A stretch of DNA of 64,000 nucleotides. Source: Octopus vulgaris (taxonomy: Eukaryota). The translations under genes and the position numbers were made by a program. Every line of letters begins with the position of its first letter. The stretch's first letter is position 1. The notes beneath the pieces were generated by a model. It searched no databases and was not told where the DNA came from. It saw only the letters and a program-made list of their open reading frames with translations. The DNA is taken from the NCBI GenBank assembly GCA_951406725.2, contig OX597827.1, positions 7,626,001-7,690,000 of the forward strand, given 5' to 3'. Shown one piece after another: positions 13,481 through 31,726 of the stretch.

Positions 13481-13740
13481 ATATATATATGTATATAGTC
13501 ATATATACAACCAGTTCCTTTCTGTTTCCATCTACCAAATACACTCACGAGGCTTGGGTCAGTCCAAGCTTATAGTAGAAGACACTTGACAAAGGTGCAC
13601 ATAGTAGAACCGAAGCTGAACCATGTGGTTGGGAAGCAAGCTTCTTGCCACATAGAAACACCCATACACATATATGTGTGTGAATCTATGTATGTGGGTG
13701 TATATGAATGTACAATCATACACACACACACACACACACA

Positions 13741-13776
<36 letters not shown>

Positions 13777-13777
13777 A

Positions 13778-14035
13778 CAGAGGTTGGACAAAATAATGGA
13801 AATACCTTAAAATTTCAAACAAATTTATTTTAATATGGGGTAGGACCGCATTTGGCAGTAATTACAACTTGAATTCTACAAGGTATGGTCTCATAAAGAG
13901 CTTGAATTGTTTCCAAAGGAATTTTTGTCCATTCTACAGCTAAAACAGTCTCCAGTTCTTGTAGTGATGATGGTGGAGGATATCTACTCCTTACTAGTTT
14001 TTCTAAAATGCACCATAAATAATATTGAGATCTGT
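13778..14035 (-). mobile_element. Tc1-like transposon 3' end (TIR plus transposase C-terminus)
   Basis: TA|CAGAGGTTGGACAAAATAATGGAAATACC TIR; minus ORF (DLNI)..LWCILEKLVRSRYPPPSSLQELETVLAVEWTKIP...RIQVVITAKCGPTPY. Confidence 0.85.
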
Positions 14036-14239
14036 GGACAGTGGTACGATACAATATTCTGATGTATAATAATGTATAATGAAAATATTTTGTAATATAA
14101 TATTTGTTTTACTGATAAATGAAAGTAAAAATAATATTTCAATCTTTTAAATGTCAATCATGATTTCATTTAAAAGGAATTATTTCATTTTCAACTCATG
14201 AAATCAGTTCAGACATTATGTGGTGGATGTATTCTTTTA

Positions 14240-14631
14240 TTCGTTTATTTGTTTCAGTCATTTGATGGTTTTATAGATATTTCAAAATTATGATGCTATG
14301 ATGCTAGGTGTTTCCATTATTTTGTCCAAGCTCTGTGTATACATGTGGTATATTATTGTTTGTAAGCCTAGCACTTATTCTATCGGCCTCTTTTGCGGAA
14401 TCACTAAGTTACAGGGACATAAACACACTAGCATCAGTTGTCAAGCGATGTTGGGGGGACAAACACAGACACAGACACACACAGAGACACACAAACACAC
14501 ATATATGTGTATATATACGATGGACTTCTTTCAGTTCCTGTCTATTAAATCCACTCATAAGGCTTTGGTCAGCCCGTGGCTATAGTAGAAGACACTTACC
14601 CAAGGTGCCACACAGTTGGACTGAACCCAGA
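14240..14631 (-). mobile_element. SINE family A, diverged
   Basis: Reverse complement of the family A core and tail. Confidence 0.75.
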
Positions 14632-14844
14632 ATATGTGCATGTGTTTGTGTATATATTCATACATACATGCATACATAGACACTTACATACATATGTATA
14701 CACTAATCTATTTATGTACACATATAAATATATATATGTGCACATACATATATAAATGTATGTGTATCTATATATTTTTGTGTGAGTGTATGTGTGTGTT
14801 TATATTTGTATATACATATCAAAATCAAAAATGCCGGTGCAAAC

Positions 14845-15920
14845 ATGTTAGTATTCTTAAGTTATTATACAGAACAAGATTTCTACAGTAGAATTTGTCT
14901 AATTTGTCATCTCTAAAGAAAACTAAAATGTATTTAAAATTAAAATTCTACTGTACTTAAAATATTGTAGCCGAGAATAACATTCTTAAAATTTACTGTT
15001 TTATTAAAAGAAAAATAATCAAAAACATTACTGGGTTTTTCTAAAAATAAGCCCATCTGATTTTAAGCCTATGGGCTTATATTCAGAAACTCTGTTCATG
15101 TATAAACCCAGCAATTTTTATTATTTTCAAAAAAAAAAAGTTTATTTAAGCAAAATTACATAAATCTGTACTTAAGCCCATGGGCTTATTTTTGGAAAAA
15201 GCAGTATTTTAAAAATGAAATAAAATAAAAAATAAAATTAATTCTTAAAAAATACAGTAGAATTCACCTAATTGGTCATCCCTAGGAGAAAACTGAAAGT
15301 GACAAATTAGATGAAGTAATGAATTAGCCAAAGTTAAATTAGGATAATTCTACTGTATTAATGCTAATTAATAAATTTTACTTATAATTTATTCATCAAA
15401 TTAATTTTTTTTAATGTGGAAGAATTGCCTGAACATATGGTTGATTTGAAACCATTTAATAACCATTCTATTGCAATCAATATTTTTTTTTTTTGTAATG
15501 GGATTTCAATTTAAGTGAAAAAATTATTATTAATAATGCAATATTATTTACAACTTCATATTTTACTGTTAGTACTTGATACAACTAAATAAAATGACTA
15601 TTTTAATTGAATATTTCAGAAAACATGATTTAAAAAAAAAATTTGTTTAAATATATTTTTGATTATTTTTGTACCATGTTTTTAAAGATTTACTTGGTTT
15701 TTAGATTCTCATAATAAAGAAAATAAATTATCTCAAATTTACCTAATATAATATATTTTAATTTGAAAAATGTTATTCTCTGCTGCAATATGTTAAGTAC
15801 AGTAGAATTTTGATTCTAAGTTCTTTTTAGTTTCTTTTAGAGGTGATGAATTAGGCAAATTCTACTGTAGAAATCTTGTTCTGTACTTTTCCAGGAGTAA
15901 TAACCTAAGGATACTAGCAT
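14845..15920. mobile_element. ~1.07-kb fold-back/MITE-like element with ~140-bp TIRs
   Basis: 14845-14983 matches the reverse complement of 15769-15920 (tacagaacaagatttctacagtagaatttg...aaattctactgtacttaa..atattg..gc.gagaataacatt); the tacagtagaatt motif recurs six times in both orientations. Confidence 0.75.
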
Positions 15921-16679
15921 CCAGGAACCCACATTTTCATTGTAATTCGCTTTTTTCCAGGCAATGCAATAAAACTTATAAATATTTTTTTGTTAGAAAA
16001 TATTTAAATTATTTTTCATTGTTGATGATTGAATTAAAATAAGAATTTTATGTTGTTTTTTTAATTTTCACATATTTTTTCTTGAATTCCAAAAATAAGA
16101 AAAAAGTTATGTGGACAGGGTTTCGTTGCATTGGCTAATATAAAAATGATTAAAAAAATACAAAAATAGCCAATGCATCCACCGTAAGCCACAAGGAGCC
16201 ACAAGGAGCCACCTGTCCGTTTGCTTATTCTGAACAGCATTACTAGAAACTTTCAGGTCTACCCATTGAAAGAAAGAAACAATAACAATATTGTATCATT
16301 AAATTTTGAGGAATAAAATTTTTTGAATGAAGTTCTCATATACAGGCTAAAATTCCATATTATACTCCAATTTTCATAAACCAATTTGAAACTGCAATTT
16401 CCATTAATAAAATATAATCCGCTTATTTTTAAAAAGGCAAAAAATAACCAATGTCTTCCTGTAAGGCAGGAAGAGCCACCTGCCCTTGTTATGGCAAAGT
16501 TAGTTTGTTAGTCAAAATTCATGCAAAATAAAATAAAGCCTTCAATTTAGCTTTTACTCTGCATGTTAACAACTCTGACAGATTGTTATCTTAGTACTCT
16601 AATAAGTAATAATATTACTTGAAAATTGTTTTATGTACTTTTGGCACATTTAGTTCATATAACTTTTTTCCATTTTGAA

Positions 16680-17860
16680 TATTTTTTTGAAAAGATTAAG
16701 ACTACGACACTCGTTTTGATGGGTTCTATCATATGAGCTACACAAAAAGCAAAATTTTTGCACAAAAACAAAATGCTTAAGCTTTGAATTTACTTTTAGG
16801 CATTACCACTGTTTTCAGCACATTTGACCCCAGCAGTTATTTATTTATTTATTTGATTTAATTATCATCATAGGATTTCTGTAGTCGAGCTCTATCAGAA
16901 AATTAAAGTTAAATATATATTTGGACTCGAAGTTGATTTCAGGTGTTATTCCCCTGTTTGGGACCATACATATTTGACTCAAACTTTTTTTCTACTTTAC
17001 CAATTTTCAAATTTTTTAGCTCGACATGCAGCTTATGATGTGACCAATCTAAAAATATAAACATCATCTAATTTGATTTAAAACTAAGTTAGTGACAAAG
17101 CCAAGAAGTGGTCATGAATGAGTAAATGTTGACCTTAAGAATATTATTCACACACGGTAGTGTGTGAATGATATTTTTTGAAAAGATTAGCCCCACGACA
17201 TTCATCTTGATAAGTTCTATAATATGAGGTAAAAAAACAAAACTTTTTAAGTTTTGAATTTGATTTTAGGCATTATCACGTTTTTCAGCACATTGGGCCC
17301 CCAGTAGTTTTTTTATTTTATTAAAAATCTATTTTTATATGATTGGCATCATCGGATTCCTCTAGTGGAGATCTACCGGAAAAGTTGAATTTAAATATAG
17401 TTTTCTTTTGAAATAAGAATAATATTTGAAGTCAAAGTCGATTTCAGGCATAAACCTCCTTTTTTATTAATTTTTTTTGCTGGTTTTTACCTCAGTACTT
17501 ATTTTTGTACTGAAAATTTTTGAATAAGTAACATGAATAGATTCCTGTTGATGAGATCTATCATATAAGCTAAAATAAAATATAGATTTCTCTTTTAAGA
17601 AAAATATTTTAAGTCAAAGTCAATTTCAGGCGTTACTCTCCAATTTTTGACCTCATATTTTACTGAAACTTTTTTCTACCAAAGAAATTGTCAACTTTTG
17701 TGGCTGAAATTCTAGCTTAGAATGTGACCGATCTAAAAATATAAGCACCATCTAATTTGGTTAAAAGCTGAGTTAATGACAAAGTCTAGAAGTGGTCACA
17801 AGTGAGTAAATGTTGACCTTAAGAATAATATTCACACACGGTAGTGTGTGAATGATATAG
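16680..17860 (+). repeat. Diverged head-to-tail duplication with ~170-185-bp sub-repeats, each unit ending in the same hairpin (possible rolling-circle element)
   Basis: Units start at (at)ttttttgaaaagatta (~16683, ~17174); both end ...gagtaaatgttgaccttaagaata.tattcacacac-ggta-gtgtgtgaatgata (17146-17173, 17830-17857). Confidence 0.65.
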
Positions 17861-18147
17861 GTATATATGTGTGTGTATGTGTGTGTGTATATATATATAT
17901 GTGTGTGTATATATACATATATATAGTCAAGGCTATTGAAAAGGTTGCAAGATGCAACGAGAATTTTAGGAAAGTAAAAATAAGAAAAAAGGGGAAATTT
18001 TACCAGTGAGAGTGTTACATTATAAGGCTCGAAAAGAAAATGACTCCCCAGACACAACAGAATATGCTTCAACACACGAACTCATATAAAGAATCTCGCA
18101 AACCAAATCCAAAAACGAAATATATATATAAATATATATATATATAC

Positions 18148-18185
<38 letters not shown>

Positions 18186-18200
18186 ATATATATATATATA

Positions 18201-18501
18201 CGTTTAAATATTTGTTGTGCAAGATTTTTTATGTGAAGTTGTGTGTTGAAACAGATATTGTTATATTTCGAATGGTCATTTTGCCAGTTTAGCCAATAAA
18301 AACACATGCACTATATATTTGGTGTTATTTTGCTTCAGTGTTATTTATTTTTACATTAATCTTAATCTTATTAATAAAATAAAAATAAAAATAAGATTAA
18401 GATTAATGTAAAAATTAAATAACACTGAAGCAAAATAACACCAAATATATAGTGAGTGTGTTTTTATTGGCTAAACTGGCAAAATGACCATTCCGAAATA
18501 T

Positions 18502-18509
<8 letters not shown>
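18201..18509. mobile_element. (TA)n-embedded fold-back element with ~118-bp arms (Penelope-like pLTR-type, inferred)
   Basis: 18255-18372 is the reverse complement of 18390-18509 with few mismatches; TA tracts on both sides. Confidence 0.7.
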
Positions 18510-18546
<37 letters not shown>

Positions 18547-19099
18547 ATATATATATATATTGGTTTCAGATAACAAGAAAATAACCATTAGATAAAATTA
18601 TGGATAAGAAAAATCTCCATTCTCTGCATCATTATTAATACTATATATATATATATATATGGATAAGTAGATAGATTGATAGATAAAAAGGTTGATAGAT
18701 ACAGATTTAGATAGAAATATACATATATATCATTTACTATCAATAGTGACTGTAAGGTGGTGAGATGACAGAATCATTAGCATGTAAGGTAAAATACTTA
18801 GTGGCATTTTGTCCATCTTTACATTCTAAGTTCAAATTTTGCCAAGGTTGAGTTTTACTTTTATCCTTTCAAGGTTGATAGAATAAGTACCAGTCAAATT
18901 TGTGCCTCCCCAAAAATGACTGGCCTTTGGCTAAAATTTGTAATCAACATTAATAGTGAATTTATATTTTAAGTTTCACAATTAAAATTCCTTGACAAGC
19001 CAATTTTGATATTGAAAATTAGAAGTAAGCAGTTATTAACATTATTTTGACTCTACAAACAGTATTTGAGTATTTTGATACTTATGTAGTGTACTAAGT

Positions 19100-23800
<4,701 letters not shown>

Positions 23801-24084
23801 TTTACAGTCTGCATTTTTGTGTGTGCATGCGATGTGATTATTGTATGCGAATGCCTTTACATGCATCCGTATGTAACACTTGTATTCTTTTAGTGTTTTT
23901 GTTGAAAAAAAGTGTTTATCGTTGCTTTCATCCTAATTTCCATTCTTATTAATTAATAGAAACATATGCACTGCTTCCCATCATGCATTTCATTAAGTAA
24001 AAGGCTTATTCTTAAAAGAGACAGTTTGTTCTGTTTTGTAAGCTTCAAAGAAAAAGATTTCTATAACAACTTCCAATACATGCA

Positions 24085-24827
24085 TGTGATGGTGTTGGTG
24101 GTGGTGGTGGTGGTGGTGGTGATGATGGTAGTGGTGGTAGCTGTAATGGTAGCATCGGTGGTAGTAGTGGTGGTGATGGTGGTGATGGTGGTGATGATGA
24201 AGATGATGATGATGATGATGAAAATGGTAGTGGTGGTAGCTGTAACAGTAGCATTGGTGGTGGTGGTGGTAGTGGTGGTAGTGGTAGAGGTAGTGGTGGT
24301 GGTGGTGGTGGTGATGATGATGCTGGTAGTGGTTAGTAGATGGTGCATGCTTTGTTGGTATTAACAATGACATGATGATGATGATGCTGCTGCTGATGAT
24401 GATGATGATGATGATGATGGTGGTGAGGAGGAGGAGGAGGAGGAGGAGGGATAGATGGATGAATGGATTGTGTGCATGAGGTTTGTGATACAATTCATGA
24501 TGATGATGATGATGGTGATGGCAGTGATTTTGGCTGATAGTGAAGGTGGCGTATGGGCAAGAGTGGTGGTGGTGGCTCTGGAGTTTGTGATGATAGTGTC
24601 TGGTAGCTGTTGTGGAATGGTAATATTGATATTGATGATAATATTGATGTGAATGGTGACTGGAACAGGGGGTAATGATGAATATCATGATGACAAGAAG
24701 AGCAATGAAAGTGAAGATGATGGTAATGGTGGTGGTGTGGTGGTGGTGGTGGTGGTGGTGGTTGTGGGTAGTGGATTGATTTGTGTTGTACTGGTGATAA
24801 GAACGACAAAGGTGATAATGATAATGT

Positions 24828-24858
<31 letters not shown>

Positions 24859-25180
24859 GCTAGTGGTGGATGTGGTGGTAGTGGTGGTGGTGGTGGTGCT
24901 AGTGGTTGTTGTGCATTTGGAGGAAGTGGTGTGTGGGCAGCAGCAGCAGCAGCAGCATCGTTGTCATGATTTTCTTAATTACTTTTGATTGGTTAATACT
25001 GATAACGATGATTATATTAGTCGTGATTATGATGATGGTGATGACGACGACCACAACGACAACGATGACGACGATGATGATGATGATGCAGAGAAGTAGA
25101 ATGGGGATGATGACGATGACAATGTCAACAACATCGACCATAACATTGACAACGGTAGTAATAACAACAATGATGATTGT
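24085..25180. repeat. ~1.1-kb imperfect trinucleotide domain ((GGT)/(GAT)/(GAG)/(CAG)/(GAC))
   Basis: Direct reading. Confidence 0.9.
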
Positions 25181-25311
25181 GTTGATATCACATGGGTAAT
25201 ATTTCTTTGTATATATTTCATAATTGCTATCATTACTTGACATGGTAATGCAATAGATTTCTATTATTTTACCTCTGTAGAAGAGAAGAAACTTTTGAAT
25301 AAGACAACGAT

Positions 25312-25558
25312 CTGGCAGAAATGTTAGCGCACCTGGTGAAATGCTTAACGGTACTTCGTGAAATGCTTAACGGTACTTTGTCAAATTCCGCTGAGGTCGA
25401 TTTTGCCTTTCATCCTTTCAGGGTCGATAAATGAAGTACCAATTTCGCACTGGGGTCGATGTAATCGACTTAATCCGTTTGTCTATCCTTGTTTGTCCTC
25501 TCTGTGTTTAGCCCCTTGTGGGCAGTAAAGAAATAGGTACTTCGTTTGTCTTTATGTT
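25312..25558 (+). mobile_element. SINE family D nested in or duplicated within another family D copy
   Basis: ggtacttcgt at 25350-25359 and 25536-25545 brackets an internal copy with gcctttcatcctttcagggtcgataaatgaagtacca and tail ttagccccttgtgggcagtaaagaaata. Confidence 0.7.
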
Positions 25559-25561
25559 AGG

Positions 25562-26199
25562 GATAGGAGTGGCTGTGTGGTAAGTAGCTTGCTTACAAAC
25601 CACATGGTTCCGGGTTCAGTCCCACTGCATGGTACCTTGGGCAAGTGTCTTCTGCTATAGCCTCAGGCCAACCAAAGCCTTGTGAGTGGATTTGGTAGAC
25701 GGAAACTGAAAGAAGCCTGTCGTATATATGTATATATGATTAATCTATATTTTTGTTACTTTTCATTTGTCTTGCTCGCTTATGTTTCTGGTGTGCTAAA
25801 TCTTCTAGAGAACAATTCTTAGTGGTTAAGACCATAGCAGATCTTCTTCTAGCAGAAGGGTTTCCACATAGTGGTAAAAAAAAAACCTTTCTTATATTTA
25901 TGTATATTTATACACACACACACACACACATATATATATATGTGTGTGTGTGTGTATGTGTGTGTGTGTGTGTGTATGTATGTGTGTGTGTATGTTTGTG
26001 TATCTGTGTTTGTCCCCCCAACATCGCTTGACAACCGATGCTGGTGTGTATAAGTCCCCGTAACTTAGCGGTTTGGCAAAAGAGACCAATAGAATAAGTA
26101 CCAGGCTTACAAAGAGTAAGTCCTGGGGTTGATTTTCTCAACTAAAGGCGGTGCTCCAGCATGGCCACAGTCAAATGACTGAAACAAGTAAAAGAGTAA
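25562..26199 (+). mobile_element. SINE family A with a ~170-bp foreign insert in its internal microsatellite
   Basis: Head 25562-25735, tail 26010-26199, unrelated sequence at 25737-25905. Confidence 0.85.
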
Positions 26200-26230
26200 G
26201 GTTTCAGAAAATGCTAAATCTAAAATACAT

Positions 26231-26421
26231 GAATCTAGGACATTTACCCCTGCCCCCTTGGACAGTAACCCACCCAAGGACAATTAACCCTAAGGACAAC
26301 AGATGATGATTTAAAACTTCTTAATATATTGGAGGGGTGGGTAATTAACCAAGCAGGTTAATTATCGTGGGGGTAGTTGTCGTCAGGAGGAATTGTCCTA
26401 TGGGGGTAATTGTCCTGATAC
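26231..26421. mobile_element. MITE-like element with inverted subterminal repeats
   Basis: ggaca(t/g/a)ttaccc repeats on the left mirrored by gggg(g)ta(a/g)ttgtc repeats on the right. Confidence 0.55.
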
Positions 26422-27785
26422 GAAACTACACACCATATTATTCAGTCGAATGAAGACATATTTATACACACACACACACTCACACACACACATACAAACA
26501 AATACACACACACACACACAAATACACATCACACAAGCAAATACACCCACATCATACCCTCTTCCCCACCACACATTTCCATGATATTTGTAGAAATGAG
26601 AAATATACTCAAGGATGCATTTTTAAATACTTGAACACTTGAATTTCCATTGTATATACATAAATATTGCTTCAAGTATAGACACAAGGCCTTCAAATTA
26701 ATGAGTGAAGGGTTAGTTCCTATAATTAATCCAAGCACTTCACTGGTACTTTATTTTATTGATGCAAGAAGTTGAAAGGCTAAGCTGACCTTGGTTGGAA
26801 CTGAGCTCAGAATATAAAGAATCAAAGAAAATACCACAAGGCATTTTTTCTAACTCTGTAATTATAGGTTACAAATGCATACATACAGATTAACACACAA
26901 ATACACAAACACACAGGCATAAACAGCGAGGCATAAATACATACTTATATACATATATAATGAGATGTAATCGTTACACTTGAGCTACTTCAAGTTTCAT
27001 GCTTGAAGTGTATAGTAATCAGACTGGTTTTTATGGTATATTGTGTATGATCTAGCAATTGTTCAAACTCAAATGACATGGCTATACCATTAAAGAACTG
27101 TGAGAAAAAATTATGTGTAAAAGTGAGAAACATTTTAAGAGAAAAGGGAATAATTTCAATCATGGAAACCAGATTATGTCACTTTAACCACTTAAATGAA
27201 GAATATTGTCAATGTTGGGTTTTACATCTGAAAAAAACCCTGCCTAGTGAGGGCAGTTGAATGGAGAAATACTAAGTGCATTGAACTTGAGTTTTCCAGT
27301 TTGATAACAGAAACTTGTGGAAATGCATACTGCTTATAAAAGTTCCCAAACTATCTGAGTATGAAACTCTAAGTAGCCCACATATAACTTCTGTATTCAT
27401 TCGATATTTATCTCTTGTGAGATAGAAGTATATTTTTGATGCTCTTATCAATAAGTAAACAATATACTAGATCAACATACATCCTGGGTACATCATCCAT
27501 GCTGTTCAGTATAGAACAATTAAATTATGAATCATATGTGAAGTTTATGTTTTTCGGCATTTTGATTATCTTAAATATGTTGCTCTTAAAATTCACCTAA
27601 GCCAATTCTGTATATAAGTTTATTATATTAATATTTATTGCACTGGAATAATGTATTGGAATTTAACAATGTGTTAATAATTGATCTCTTAAATAACATA
27701 TATTTATTTTATGATGTTTATACATCAGTTCGGGACATATCCTTATCTGTCTGTTTATATTTATATCTGTCTATCTATCGATCTA

Positions 27786-27852
<67 letters not shown>

Positions 27853-27987
27853 GTTTATCTATCTATCTATATATCTACACACACACACACAGACACACAC
27901 ACACACACACACATATATGTATGTGTGTGTTTGTGTGTATGTGAAATTAAAAGACAGACAGTCACATAGACACACAAGCACACACTA

Positions 27988-28320
27988 ATCATCATCATCG
28001 TTTAACGTCCATTTTCCATGCTAGCATGGGTTGGACGGTTCAACTGGGGTCTGGGAAGCCAGAAGGCTGCACCAGGCCCAGTCTGATCTAGCAATGTTTC
28101 TACAGCTGGATGCCCTTCCTAACACCAACCACTCCATGAGTGTAGTGGGTGCTTTTTACGTGCCAGGCAAGGCTGGCAAACGGCCACGATCGGATGGTGC
28201 TTTTTACGTGCCACCGGCACGGGGCCAGGCGAGGCTGGCAACGGCCATGATCGGATGGTGCTTTTATGTGCCACTGGCACTGGTATCACAGCTACAGTTT
28301 CCATTGATGTTGATCGATTT
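27988..28320 (-). mobile_element. RTE 3'UTR (family C)
   Basis: Near-identical to 8403-8825. Confidence 0.8.
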
Positions 28321-28399
28321 TATATACATACACATGTAGATATATGCAAACACACACATATATATACACACATACACATATCTTTGTACAGATACAAAT

Positions 28400-28860
28400 A
28401 TACATTCGTCCTTACTGACCCTAGTTTTTTTGAGAACCACTGAAATACCGACTGAGATATTTAGTTAGAAAGAGAACAGGGGGAAATTGATTTGTGCCAA
28501 TTTCACCATGTCTTCCCAAATGAGCAATGTTGCAATGACAAAGACCATACAAGGCCTTCAGTAATGGTACCAACATTCACTTTCTGACTTCCATCTTCAA
28601 AGTCCATACAAGAACCATCAAGAGAATTGTGAATAAGTTTAAGAAAGAGGAAATAGTAGAAAGGAAAATTGGATCAGGATGTCATAACTGCAAGAGGGAC
28701 CAACATTTCAATATGGAGCTGAGAGATAAACCAGAAGAGATCCAACTCAATCCCCAAGACATTTGCAACATATTACAGGAGTTTTGATTATGAAAGTTCC
28801 AAGAACGGTGGCAGAAGACATGAAAAGGAAATCGTACAGAGACCTGTGTGGCATCTTGTT
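28400..28860 (+). pseudogene. Tc1/maT-like transposase N-terminal relic
   Basis: RTIKRIVNKFKKEEIVERKIGSG resembles the HTH plus GRPR-linker region of Tc1-family transposases. Confidence 0.45.
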
Positions 28861-29240
28861 ATTCCAAGACAAAAGGATAGAAGATTGGAAAGGGTGAACG
28901 TCATCTTGAACAAAGCGAAACATAACATGGTTAGAAATTCAATTATTTTTCATAGCAGTTTGGTTTGGCTGAGGTCTTTGTATGTGTGTGAATGTATGTG
29001 TCTGTATGTTAATGCTAGTATGTGTATGAATGTATGTATATGTATTTTTAATGTGTGGTGAATTGTATACATGCACACATGTGCACACACACGTGTGTGT
29101 GTGTGTATAGTGAGAGATGGAGAGATGGGGTAGGTGAGATAAAATCTCTTGTCTTTTGTTCAAAAGAGAAAATCTGTTTGCAATGACACACATTCAAGTT
29201 TTTGGACAAGCACAAACACACAGCCACTAACACACACACA

Positions 29241-29276
<36 letters not shown>

Positions 29277-29460
29277 GCTATAATAGAAGACACTTGGTGT
29301 CAAACAGTGGTGCTAAACCCAGGACCATATAGCTAAGAAACAGGCTTCTTACCACACAGACAGGATTTTGTTTTCTACAACAGAGGTTATAGAAAAAATA
29401 AAAGGTAAGTATATAACCAGCTTCCGAACAATTCTAATTATCAATTTGCATTTTATGTAT

Positions 29461-29869
29461 ACTCTTTTACTCTTTTACATGTTTCAGTCATTTGACTGTG
29501 GCCATGCTGGAGAACTGCCTTTAATCGAGCAACTCGACCCCGGGACTTATTCTTTTGTAAGCCCAGTACTTATTCTATCGGCCTCTTTTGCTGAACCGCT
29601 AAGTAACGGGAACATAAACACATCAGCATCGGTTGTCAAACAATGCTAGGGGGACAAACACAGACACACAAACACACACGCATATATACATATATATACA
29701 TATATATGACAGGCTTCTTTCAGTTTCCCTCTACCAAATCCACTCACAAGGCTTTGGTCGGCCCGAGGCTATAGTAGAAGACACTTGCCCAAGGTGCCAC
29801 ACAGTGGGACTGAACCCGGAACCATGTGGTTGGTAAACAAGCTACTTACCACACAGCCACTCCTGCGTC
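29461..29869 (-). mobile_element. SINE family A
   Basis: Full-length reverse complement of family A. Confidence 0.9.
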
Positions 29870-30271
29870 TATATATCTCTTTTGGCAACATCATGCAACA
29901 GATAAAAGTTTCTTTGATATAATAAATAAAAATTTCTAGACGTAGTTCTGCTTACTGATGGTGAAAATTTTTGATAAATTTATAGTTTAAGACCTAACTC
30001 GATTTTGGTGGGAAATGATGTTTTTTCCTCATTTTTTCTTGTTCTATCAACTAGTCTCATCTAATATGCCACAAATGATTTTTTCCCATGGAAATTGGAG
30101 GTGGGTGGAGTTGGGTAGATCCTTAGAAATTCTACCCCCGCACCCCACCCAAAGACCAACACTGCCACAAAGTCATCTTTAAGCATTCCTGAGATACAAA
30201 GTTTTGAAGCTGAATCTAAAATTTGGACAGTTTTGTGATACGACCAGTATACACATATGTATGTCTCTGCA

Positions 30272-30693
30272 TAGGAGTGGAGTGGCTGTGTGGTAAGTAG
30301 CTTGCTTACGAACCACATGGTTCCGGGTTCAGTCCCACTATGTGGCACCTTGGGCAACTGTCTTCTACTATAGCCTCGGGCCGACCAAAGCCTTGTGAGT
30401 GGATTTGGTAGACGGAAACTGAAAGAAGCCCGTCGTATATGTGTATATATATATATATATGTATGTATGTGTGTGTATATGTTTGTGTGTCTGTGTTTGT
30501 CCCCACAACATCGCTTGACAACCGATGCTGGTGTGATTACATCCCCGTAACTTAGTGGTTCGGCAAAAGAGACCGATCGAATAAGTACTAGGCTTACAAA
30601 GAATAAGTCCTGGGGTCGATTTGCTCGACTAAAGGTGGTGCTGCAGCATGGCCCACAGTCACGTGACTGAAACAAGTAAAAAAAAAAAAAGAG
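30272..30693 (+). mobile_element. SINE family A
   Basis: Full length; tail hairpin variant cagtcacgtgactg. Confidence 0.9.
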
Positions 30694-31095
30694 TATGTGT
30701 TTATATGTGTGTGTGTGTGCATATGTGTCCATATGTATGTGCGTGTGCATGTGCATGTGTGCGTGTGCATGTGCATGCATGCATGTGTGCGTTTTTTCTT
30801 TATGTGTATACATGTGTTGCACTTGACTGTTACTTCTCAATCTGACTAGATTCCTTAAAACTACTAATCTCATGGACATTTCTATGACCTTAACAAGTCT
30901 GGGTGGTGGTGGTGGTGGTGGTTATCTCTCTGTTTTTGTTTTTCTTTCTCTCTCTCTTTTGAATTTAGATTCTCTCACTTTCTATCTAATTCCATTTTTT
31001 TTTTTACCTGTCTGGATTCTTAGGGCCAGACACATGTACGATATATATTAACATACATATTCTCTCCCTATTTTATGTATGCATATAGATAGTTA

Positions 31096-31496
31096 TTTTA
31101 CTCTTTTACTCTTTTACTTGTTTCATTCATTTGACTGCGGCCATGCTGGAGCACCGCCTTTAATCGAGCAACTCGACCCCAGGACTTATTCTTTTGTAAG
31201 CTCAGTACTTATTCTATTGGTCTCTTTTGCCGAACTGCTAAGTAACGGAGACATATACACACCAGCATCGGTTGTCAAGCAATGCTAGGGGGACAAACAC
31301 GCACATGCATCGATATATATATACGTATATACGACGGGCTTCTTTTCAGTTTCCGTCTACCAAATCCACTCACAAAGCTTTGGTCGGCCCGAGGCTATAG
31401 TAGAAGACACTTGCCCAAGGTGCCACACAGTGGGACTGAACCTGGAACCATGTGGTTGGTAAGCAAGCTACTTACCACACAGCCACTCCTGCACCT
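31096..31496 (-). mobile_element. SINE family A
   Basis: Full-length reverse complement. Confidence 0.9.
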
Positions 31497-31726
31497 ACTT
31501 TGTATATTCTTTTGTTCTTTTATTTGTTTCAGTCATTTGACTGCGGCCATGCTGGAGCACCGCCTTGACGGGTTTTAGTTGAATAAATCGACCCCAGGAT
31601 TTTTTTTTTAAGCCTAGTACTTATTTTCTCAGTTTCTTTTGTTTTGCTGAACCACTATGTTATAGGACAAACATGCACCAACAGCAGTCGTGAAGCAGTA
31701 GTGGGGGAACAAGCACAGACACACAT

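Noticed and set aside
23993-24688. 231-aa His-rich ORF on the protocadherin strand
   Set aside because: Lies in an imperfect trinucleotide tract open in several frames; no convincing splice sites or domain.
30061-30879. 272-aa ORF and the recurring WSARGYSRRHLPKVP peptides
   Set aside because: Chance translation through SINE family A; recurrence reflects the repeat, not a gene family.
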